This document shows positions 56,809 through 64,000 of a stretch of 64,000 nt of DNA, piece after piece (within the stretch, counting starts at the first letter, position 1; each line of letters opens with the position of its first letter). Where the stretch lies: the IMG/VR virus record IMGVR_UViG_3300042691_046823. One strand, given 5' to 3'. Below the pieces are notes generated by a model, which did not search any database, was not told where the DNA came from, and was given only the letters and a program-made list of their open reading frames with translations. The translations under genes were made by a program, and so were the position numbers. Source of the DNA: a virus.

Positions 56809-57494
56809 TGCATGTTCGTTTGGTATCCTACAGCCAACCCACAGACCAATATAGAGATCTGGGCATCTCGGATGCGCAGGAACTCATTGCGTATTGCGCC
56901 CGTGTGTCCAATCCCTCAAATCAGCTTAACACTGAATCATCAGAGAAACTCATCCGATACTTGGTCAAGCATCAACACTGGAGCCCACTCGAAATGGTCT
57001 CAGCCTGCTGTGAAATCACCACAACCAGAGACATCGCCCGACAAATCTTGCGACATAGGAGTTTTAGTTTCCAAGAGTTCAGCCAGCGATATGCTGACCC
57101 TACTCGAGACCTCGATTTTGTTCGTAAAGAAGCACGATTGCAAGACACAAAAAATCGACAGAACTCCACAACTCTTGACATGTCCAACGCAAACGATCGA
57201 GAACTTGCCCGGTTATGGCAAGAAAAACAAGATCAAGTCATACGAGTCAGTAGAGATGTCTATACCTGGGCTATCGCTAATGGCATAGCCAAAGAACAAG
57301 CCCGTGCTGTGTTGCCCGAAGGTCTCACTGAAAGCAGACTTTATATGAACGGCACGCTAAGATCATGGATACACTTTATTGAACTGCGTTCAGGCCACGG
57401 TACTCAACTGGAACACATGCAAGTAGCCCATGCCTGTGCTGACGTTATAGCACAGATCTTCCCCATGAGTGCCGAATTCGTCGAAAAATCCTAA
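56808..57494 (+). CDS. thyX: flavin-dependent thymidylate synthase
   Basis: HWSPLE, RQILRHRSFSFQEFSQRY, EQARAVLP. Confidence 0.95.
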   Translation: MHVRLVSYSQPTDQYRDLGISDAQELIAYCARVSNPSNQLNTESSEKLIRYLVKHQHWSPLEMVSACCEITTTRDIARQILRHRSFSFQEFSQRYADPTRDLDFVRKEARLQDTKNRQNSTTLDMSNANDRELARLWQEKQDQVIRVSRDVYTWAIANGIAKEQARAVLPEGLTESRLYMNGTLRSWIHFIELRSGHGTQLEHMQVAHACADVIAQIFPMSAEFVEKS

Positions 57495-57514
57495 GTTTAT
57501 TGTTATAATAAAGT

Positions 57515-57748
57515 ATGAGGATAGTATTCCATTCCTTTACCATGGGTGATGTAGATGATGTTGACATTTACGTGGCTCCGCCTTTGTTTGATTGGCAAAA
57601 AACCGAGCAAGGCAAATGGGTCATGGAAAATGCCCATGATCTTTCCTACGATGTCAGGCCAGACTTTAGATCATTTGGCTCTTTGGTCACAGTTACGGGT
57701 ATATTGCCAGACATCAAAGCTACAGAATACTTTTTGAAATGGGGATAA
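57515..57748 (+). CDS. small protein ending YFLKWG
   Basis: ORF; family-like C-terminus. Confidence 0.6.
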   Translation: MRIVFHSFTMGDVDDVDIYVAPPLFDWQKTEQGKWVMENAHDLSYDVRPDFRSFGSLVTVTGILPDIKATEYFLKWG

Positions 57749-58725
57749 TGACACGATTTTTAGTTACCGGTGGACTGGGTCTGATCGGTCACAATGTGGT
57801 GCGCCGACTGCTGGACCTTGGGCATGAAGTGTGCATTACAGACACCCAGACCAATTACGGAATCATTCCACAAGCGGAATTAGATTATCTTATCCGTGAG
57901 CGTCGGGCCAAGATACCCGAAATGGATCTACGCACGCATAGAATTGACATAGCCGATCAACCAGGTATAGATTGGTTGCTCAGTCACTATAAACCCGAAG
58001 TAATCATACACATGGCCAGTTTTCCCAGACAAAAAGTTGTGAATGTCAACCCCATGACAGGCAGCAGAGCCATGAGCGAGGGATTGCTGAACCTGTGCGA
58101 ATCTGCGGCAAAGCACAAGGTAAGTAAATTTGTGTATATTTCGTCCAGCATGGTCTATGGTGATTTTACTGATGATGTACGAGAAGATGCTATATGCCGT
58201 CCACAAGGGCAGTATGGCATAATGAAACTGGCAGGAGAGTGGCTTGTCAAAGATTATAGTCGGCGTGGTTGTTTTGATCATGTTATTATCCGTCCTTCCG
58301 CTGTATACGGAGAACTCGATGTTGAAGATCGTGTTATCTCAAAGTTTCTGCTGACAGCCATGCGTGGTGGCACACTCAAAGTCAACGGTGCATCTGAAAC
58401 CCTGGACTTTACCTATGTGGCAGATGCCGCTGATGGTATCGTTGCGGCAGCATTGAGTCCTACTGCCAATAATAAACCTTACAATATAACCAAGAGCCAT
58501 AGTTGGAGCCTGTTGGATGCGGCCAATCTGGCAGTAAAAATCGTGGGGCAAGGTTCGGTAGAAGTGCGTGACAAAGATGCCGACTTCCCCAGCAGAGGTG
58601 CGCTCAACATCGAAGCCGCTCGTAGAGATTTCGGGTATGATCCTAAGGTAGACATTGAAGAAGGTTTCCAGCGATACTATGAATGGCTTAACAATTCCGT
58701 TTACTGGTCTAAAAAAACAGTATAG
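57748..58725 (+). CDS. NAD-dependent epimerase/dehydratase
   Basis: TGGLGLIG, SSSMVYG, YGIMK, DFTYV. Confidence 0.9.
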   Translation: MTRFLVTGGLGLIGHNVVRRLLDLGHEVCITDTQTNYGIIPQAELDYLIRERRAKIPEMDLRTHRIDIADQPGIDWLLSHYKPEVIIHMASFPRQKVVNVNPMTGSRAMSEGLLNLCESAAKHKVSKFVYISSSMVYGDFTDDVREDAICRPQGQYGIMKLAGEWLVKDYSRRGCFDHVIIRPSAVYGELDVEDRVISKFLLTAMRGGTLKVNGASETLDFTYVADAADGIVAAALSPTANNKPYNITKSHSWSLLDAANLAVKIVGQGSVEVRDKDADFPSRGALNIEAARRDFGYDPKVDIEEGFQRYYEWLNNSVYWSKKTV

Positions 58726-59779
58726 CAATCTCCGGCAAGAAATACTCGATGCTACCGATGAAGTCTTGCGTAGCGGACAGTTAATGAACGGTAACAACAC
58801 AGCAGAATTTGAAAATTGGCTGTCCAAGAAAAACAGCGTCAAGTATGCAGTCTGCGTGCATTCTGGAACATCGGCATTGGAAGCCATCGCAGAATATTAT
58901 GCCACAGACCAACTGTCACCAGATCCACCCACTGTATTGATTCCCAGTCTGACTTATGCGGCCACTGCCAATGCTTTTATGCGTGCAGGATGGAACATAC
59001 AGTTTATCGACACAGATCATAATGGAGTTTTTGATGTCAGAAAAATTCCGGATGTCAGTTATCAAGCGGCGGTATTGGTGGGTCTCTATGGAGCCAGCAT
59101 AACCCACTTAGGAGATATCAACACCTGGAGGCAATGGACTCTATCAGACAAGATAATCATAGAAGATGCGGCACAGCATTGGTTATCTGCCGATGCCCAA
59201 CGCATTGGCAAGGCTGCCGCGATAAGTTTTGATCCAATGAAAAATCTTCCTTGTTATGGCAACGGTGGGGCTGTGGTCACCAATGACAGCGATGTATTCC
59301 ATTTTGTTCGTGCTTGGAGAGACAATGGAAAATCGTCGCACGCCACTACCGGAACCAACAGTCGCATGAGTGAAATAGACTGTGCTCATCTAATGGTCAA
59401 ATCAAGATACATAGACCAATGGCAAAAGCGGCGCCAGGACATATCAGGATACTGGCGTTCAAAATTAAAAAATACCGAAATCAGATGCCTCATCGACAAT
59501 GATAACTATCATGATCATTCGTGTCACAAATTTGTGATTGATGTTAATAATCGAGACATACTACAACGAAACCTTTCAATCCGCAAGATTGAAACCAAGA
59601 TTCATTATTCACAACCGTTGCACGAAATGGGTGTATTTAGACAATACCAAGGACCTGACATCCTTAGTTGTGCCAGTGCTTTAAGCCGTCGGGTGTTGAG
59701 TTTGCCAATCTATCCAGAACTCACTGATTTAGAAGTCGAGTATGTCATTGATCAGGTCTTGGACTGTGTAAACAGTTGA
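58679..59779 (+). CDS. DegT/DnrJ/StrS sugar aminotransferase
   Basis: SGTSAL, IEDAAQ, SFDPMKNL..GNGG, LSLPIYP. Confidence 0.9.
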   Translation: MNGLTIPFTGLKKQYSNLRQEILDATDEVLRSGQLMNGNNTAEFENWLSKKNSVKYAVCVHSGTSALEAIAEYYATDQLSPDPPTVLIPSLTYAATANAFMRAGWNIQFIDTDHNGVFDVRKIPDVSYQAAVLVGLYGASITHLGDINTWRQWTLSDKIIIEDAAQHWLSADAQRIGKAAAISFDPMKNLPCYGNGGAVVTNDSDVFHFVRAWRDNGKSSHATTGTNSRMSEIDCAHLMVKSRYIDQWQKRRQDISGYWRSKLKNTEIRCLIDNDNYHDHSCHKFVIDVNNRDILQRNLSIRKIETKIHYSQPLHEMGVFRQYQGPDILSCASALSRRVLSLPIYPELTDLEVEYVIDQVLDCVNS

Positions 59780-61356
59780 GGATGTAGCATCATGGCATAC
59801 GATGCCAACCAATCCCATTCGTAACTTTTCTTGATGTCGTCAAATCGACCCTGCACTCGATCGTAATAATCAACTGCATCATTGGCCCCTTTTGTTGACC
59901 AGTATCCATTGACACCGTCACCTTTGTCTAACCATTCAGTCAAGCGATATTCATTCTCAACATCAGGAAGGCTGTGGCGCAGCTTCAACGCCTCACGGAA
60001 AGCAGTTCGCCAGCAGGTCCAGGGATCATTGTCATAGTAAGCCGTGCCTGATATTATCGGTACTACTTCATGAGGTTGATCAAGAGTAAAGTCCAGGCCC
60101 TGGCCGGTGTTTTCCAAGACCAATCTCCGGTTGTATGCGATCATGGCCTGATGTCCATACACAAGATGATTCACTGGATTGTACGCATGGAAGATGTAGT
60201 GTTTGGCTTCTTGTAATCTATCAGGCTGCCAAGACCAATCAAAATCTTCATTTACCTGCAACTTGGCAAACACAGCAAAGAACCAATCGGTGCCACTACA
60301 TTTGGCTGCCGCTTGGTATGACGCCACCCTACCTTTTATACCGTCCACGCGATGCAAACGATTTGGAGTGCCAGCCACTGCCTGTTCCAAAATTTTCCAA
60401 TTATGGTCTGCCCCGTATTCTCCGTTGCTGATAAACACTATGTCCATAGCATGGCTGGTCTGAGGCTGGCTCTGTCTATCTATCACTGGATAATCATATA
60501 GTTGGGTGTCAAGGAAATTTTTAGCATCGCGAGGAACCAACACAGATTCTCCTCCCCGACGCAGAGGATGCACAGATCGTGTTGCAGGTCTCCAAAGATT
60601 GACAGTAGGCACAGATTCTGCGGACTCATAGCGATAAAATTCAACCACGGGTTCAGTGAACTCATGTTGCCACACAGCCGGTACCACGGAATCAGTTTCA
60701 TAGGCGATGGCCGGTGGTCTTGATCTGCTGACACTGTGGGATACGAAGTTTATAGTATCATACCATTCCAATAGAGCAAGGTCACTACTGCCGTCCAAAA
60801 AACTGGGTACATGCACATAGAAAGTGTCACCAAACTTTTGTTCGTTGCTGGCCCAGACATGTAACATGCGATCCTGCCATTCGCTGGGGTGCCAGGTCCA
60901 ATCAAAATCTGTATAATCACACACGTCCGTGGTCACCCAACAGTAATGCCAATCCACGCGATTCAAGGCTCTGCGTAGTGTTCCAAGGTAGTCTGAAATA
61001 AAACGTGTGTTGATATCACCCTGATCGGGACTGCGAGGATTGTGTTTGATATGTAATCGAGGCACAGTGCCACGCCTTGGAACCATGCTGTGTTCACGAT
61101 TGATATCGGTCACAGCATGCTTGGGCACTAACATGGTCCCACCACTGTCCTGGTGTTGGCTGGGCCATACATGTATTTGATTGGCCTGCCAGGGCACGGG
61201 TTCCCACAACCAATCGAACTGAGAATAGTCATTATGCCTATCCACGATCCATAAGTACCTTGTGCGGCTGAGTCCTCGGGCGTGTTCAATACTATCTACC
61301 CGCTGTTCATGCGGAAAGAGTCCAGTAGGTCGATCTAAATAAAAAACGTCAAACAT
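59752..61356 (-). CDS. glycosyltransferase-like protein with internally repeated domains
   Basis: three F.F.W.P segments (FDWLWEP, FDWTWHP, FDWSWQP); DIVFISNGE; WRTAFRE. Confidence 0.6.
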   Translation of the reverse strand: MFDVFYLDRPTGLFPHEQRVDSIEHARGLSRTRYLWIVDRHNDYSQFDWLWEPVPWQANQIHVWPSQHQDSGGTMLVPKHAVTDINREHSMVPRRGTVPRLHIKHNPRSPDQGDINTRFISDYLGTLRRALNRVDWHYCWVTTDVCDYTDFDWTWHPSEWQDRMLHVWASNEQKFGDTFYVHVPSFLDGSSDLALLEWYDTINFVSHSVSRSRPPAIAYETDSVVPAVWQHEFTEPVVEFYRYESAESVPTVNLWRPATRSVHPLRRGGESVLVPRDAKNFLDTQLYDYPVIDRQSQPQTSHAMDIVFISNGEYGADHNWKILEQAVAGTPNRLHRVDGIKGRVASYQAAAKCSGTDWFFAVFAKLQVNEDFDWSWQPDRLQEAKHYIFHAYNPVNHLVYGHQAMIAYNRRLVLENTGQGLDFTLDQPHEVVPIISGTAYYDNDPWTCWRTAFREALKLRHSLPDVENEYRLTEWLDKGDGVNGYWSTKGANDAVDYYDRVQGRFDDIKKSYEWDWLASYAMMLHPQLFTQSKT

Positions 61357-62425
61357 GATTAGAATAGATGAAATTTATTATAACGTATTTGCTTCGGCAA
61401 TGCGACAGAAATCCGCTGTGGCGCTGCATTGGTTTGACCCTTTTGGTTCAAAAGATTTCCATGACTTGGTAGCCTATCCTGCTATAGTGCAGGGGCATAG
61501 GATTTTGTTTTGGGATCAAGAACCCGTGTATAAAGATTCGGCCAAGGTATTTTTCGATCAGTTTTGCAAGATATATCGAACACGGAGACGTCCCAATTAC
61601 CATACCACACTAACTCTGGTTACCAGCGAATGTGATAGCAAAGATGTACAATGGTTGCAAGATACTTATAAAATTGAAAATATCGCACACTATTTCTTCC
61701 ATGGTTGGGCAGCGTTAGATTGGTACCGAGGATACAATCACAGCTACCTTGGTCAGCCGTGGATGCAACGCAGTTTTGACAAACTTTATATCTGTCCCAA
61801 TAACATAGTCAGCGGTAACCGGCAACATCGTCTGAGTTTACTACACGAATTTTCCCAGCGAGGTCTACTTTCCGATGGCATGATGAGTTTTCCAGCAACT
61901 TGTCCTTATTCCGGGCAATCAGTGCAGGAGTTGATGAGAGATCATGGATGGAACCTCCCAACTTCAATCTCTTTACCGTTGATCATCGACACACAAAAAA
62001 ATCACGCACATGACAGCCACAAGATTGATTTTTGGGATGAAGCCATGCGATGCTTCAGTCACGTGGTCACAGAAACTGTGTACGTCAGCGATCGAATCCA
62101 TCTCACTGAAAAAACATTCAAACCGATAGTTTTACAACAGCCGTTTTTGTTAATATCTGCCAAACACAGTCTGGCTTATCTACGTAGATACGGATTTAAA
62201 ACCTTTGATTGCATCTGGGACGAAAGTTATGACAATCTCGATGACGATAAGAGAATATCTGCAATAGCAGATATATGCCAACAGATTCAACAGTGGTCAC
62301 CGACACAGATGCGGCAAGCGCAGGAGCGAGCATGGCCGATAATCAAACACAACTTTGAATGGTTTTATGGAGATTTCCAACAGGTGCTTTGGAAGGAAAC
62401 ACAACAAATGATCGAGCAATGGTAA
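61355..62425 (+). CDS. hypothetical protein, GT-B-like (TEKT.K..QPF family)
   Basis: VTET, LTEKTFKPI..QPF, GFKTF..WDESYD. Confidence 0.65.
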   Translation: MIRIDEIYYNVFASAMRQKSAVALHWFDPFGSKDFHDLVAYPAIVQGHRILFWDQEPVYKDSAKVFFDQFCKIYRTRRRPNYHTTLTLVTSECDSKDVQWLQDTYKIENIAHYFFHGWAALDWYRGYNHSYLGQPWMQRSFDKLYICPNNIVSGNRQHRLSLLHEFSQRGLLSDGMMSFPATCPYSGQSVQELMRDHGWNLPTSISLPLIIDTQKNHAHDSHKIDFWDEAMRCFSHVVTETVYVSDRIHLTEKTFKPIVLQQPFLLISAKHSLAYLRRYGFKTFDCIWDESYDNLDDDKRISAIADICQQIQQWSPTQMRQAQERAWPIIKHNFEWFYGDFQQVLWKETQQMIEQW

Positions 62426-63576
62426 ATTTTTGCTATGACAATCTTGGGCAGTATCGCATAGGCTACCCAAATTTGGCCCGGCCGGATCTGCATCCCAATG
62501 AATTTGATCATGTGTGGCCGCGGACCACTCCGTTGCGTTTGCTGATGTACTTGCAAACACAAGGCATACCAGTGGCACACCACACGGTTGATGTCTGCCC
62601 CGGAGGATCGTGGTATCCAGTGTCGCTGGCGTGGCATGATTTTGAATGTGACTATTTTGCATTAATGAGCTCCCATGTGCGCGACTCAATAAAAAAATTT
62701 CGTGTGCGTGTGCTGTTTTATTACCATGAAGCAGATGCACCAAGCAAGATAAAACTCCGCATGGATCATCTTTGCGATTTACATGATCTACCAAAGACCT
62801 ATCTATTTGTCAGCGCCAACACAGCGGCTACCATCATAGAAAATTTCTATCACTTCCCCGATCATGAATATTTTTTCCGCTATGTCAATCGGAATCAATC
62901 ACCTCGAGACAAAACAATGCCGCAACGAGATTTCAGCCTGCTGAATCGCACTCATAAGACATGGCGTGCCAATGTCGTGGCCGATCTACGAGCCCAGCAT
63001 GTGCTGGACAACAGCCTGTGGAGTTACAACACAGATTTTACCATGCCAGACGCCGACGTAGTAAATCCCCTGCGTACCAGTGAGTTGCCCTATTGGGATC
63101 AAATCACCCAAGAGTTTTTGTCTCAGGGTCCTTATCATGTAGACGGTGCAGATAGTGATGTTCACAACGATCATGCCTTGGTCAATACCGATCTCTACAC
63201 CCAATCTTGGTGCCATATCATAGTCGAGACCATGATGGACGCTGATGGCAGCGGCGGAAGTTTCTTGACCGAAAAAACCTATAAATGTATCAAGTATGGA
63301 CAGCCTTTTGTGATCATTGGCACCGCGGGCAGCCTGGCACAGTTGCGCGATAACGGATATCGCACTTTTGATACAGTGATAGATTCCAGTTATGATACCA
63401 TCCAGGACACCACAGAACGATATTTACGCATCCGAAACTTGCTTAAAGACCTGCGTGGACAGTTGGGGCCGGCATGGCATCATCGATGTCAAGAAGATAT
63501 TGCACACAATCAAGAATTATTTCTTTCCATGCGCAATCCGGCCTTAAGTAAACTTGCCATGAGATTACAAACATGA
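62419..63576 (+). CDS. paralog of preceding gene
   Basis: IVET, LTEKTYKCI..QPF, GYRTF..IDSSYD. Confidence 0.65.
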   Translation: MVNFCYDNLGQYRIGYPNLARPDLHPNEFDHVWPRTTPLRLLMYLQTQGIPVAHHTVDVCPGGSWYPVSLAWHDFECDYFALMSSHVRDSIKKFRVRVLFYYHEADAPSKIKLRMDHLCDLHDLPKTYLFVSANTAATIIENFYHFPDHEYFFRYVNRNQSPRDKTMPQRDFSLLNRTHKTWRANVVADLRAQHVLDNSLWSYNTDFTMPDADVVNPLRTSELPYWDQITQEFLSQGPYHVDGADSDVHNDHALVNTDLYTQSWCHIIVETMMDADGSGGSFLTEKTYKCIKYGQPFVIIGTAGSLAQLRDNGYRTFDTVIDSSYDTIQDTTERYLRIRNLLKDLRGQLGPAWHHRCQEDIAHNQELFLSMRNPALSKLAMRLQT

Positions 63577-64000
63577 ATTTACCAGTACAAGCCTATACTT
63601 CTTGGCAACCTCTGGAAGCAGTCATAGTCGGACGTGTGTATACCGCAGATTACTTTGATTTTGTCGAAGATCCGCAGGTGCGCGGACAACTTCAGCAAAT
63701 TTTACAAGAAAGTGCAGAAGACCTTGACAATCTCACTCAGACAATCATACAGTATGGTGCCGAAGTCTACAGACCCGACCTACCAGACAAAGATTACTGG
63801 ATCAACGTCCAAACCAGCGAATCTCCTACCAGCGCACCTTTGCCGCCATTGACACCAAGAGATTGGCAAATCACCCTGGGCGAACATCTGTTGCGTGTGC
63901 TGAGTCTGCGCGAATTAGATCCGATTTGCCATGTCATCGATGCCACCAAACCCGGCACAGTGATCGATCCGCATTGCGGGGGATGGAATGCAGATCATGT
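63573..64000 (+). CDS. amidinotransferase family protein (glycine/inosamine-phosphate type), truncated by window end
   Basis: WQPLEAVIVG, EDLDNL, GAEVYRP, PRD; not in ORF track. Confidence 0.65.
   Translation, partial: MNLPVQAYTSWQPLEAVIVGRVYTADYFDFVEDPQVRGQLQQILQESAEDLDNLTQTIIQYGAEVYRPDLPDKDYWINVQTSESPTSAPLPPLTPRDWQITLGEHLLRVLSLRELDPICHVIDATKPGTVIDPHCGGWNADH

Noticed and set aside
1-64000. CRISPR array, rRNA, IS elements or alternative genetic code
   Set aside because: No spaced repeats, rRNA or transposase motifs were seen; known genes translate full length in the standard code and all three stops are used.

Overview
A 64-kb segment of a large (jumbo-type) tailed dsDNA phage. Almost all genes are on the + strand, driven by sigma70-like TTGACC-N17/18-TATAAT promoters and T4-like TAAATA late motifs. 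The host is probably a Betaproteobacterium, inferred from three Bug/TctC proteins, ahpC-ahpD, pstS and rpoZ. 0-23 kb: sliding clamp, then a 7-deazaguanine DNA-modification cluster (TGT/DpdA-like, QueD-like DpdL candidate, folE, queD, queE, yhhQ, no queC seen) interleaved with glycosyltransferases, NDP-sugar enzymes and methyltransferases, and a T4 RNase H-like nuclease. 23-51 kb: accessory region with many small ORFs, pstS with a Pho box, ahpCD with an OxyR-like box, orphan solute-binding proteins, 8 tRNAs, rpoZ, a two-piece permuted tmRNA and several unexplained structured RNAs. 51-64 kb: MoxR-like AAA ATPase and VWA partner, thyX and more sugar-modification genes. Two regulatory elements stand out. 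(1) A 42-codon leader peptide that uses all 20 amino acids (36 different codons) overlaps a mutually exclusive antiterminator/terminator pair in front of the tRNA array, a candidate pan-tRNA translation-sensing attenuator. (2) A preQ1-I-like pseudoknot riboswitch variant sits in front of queD in a pathway that apparently does not make preQ1. All calls come from reading motifs by eye; no searches or folding programs were run.
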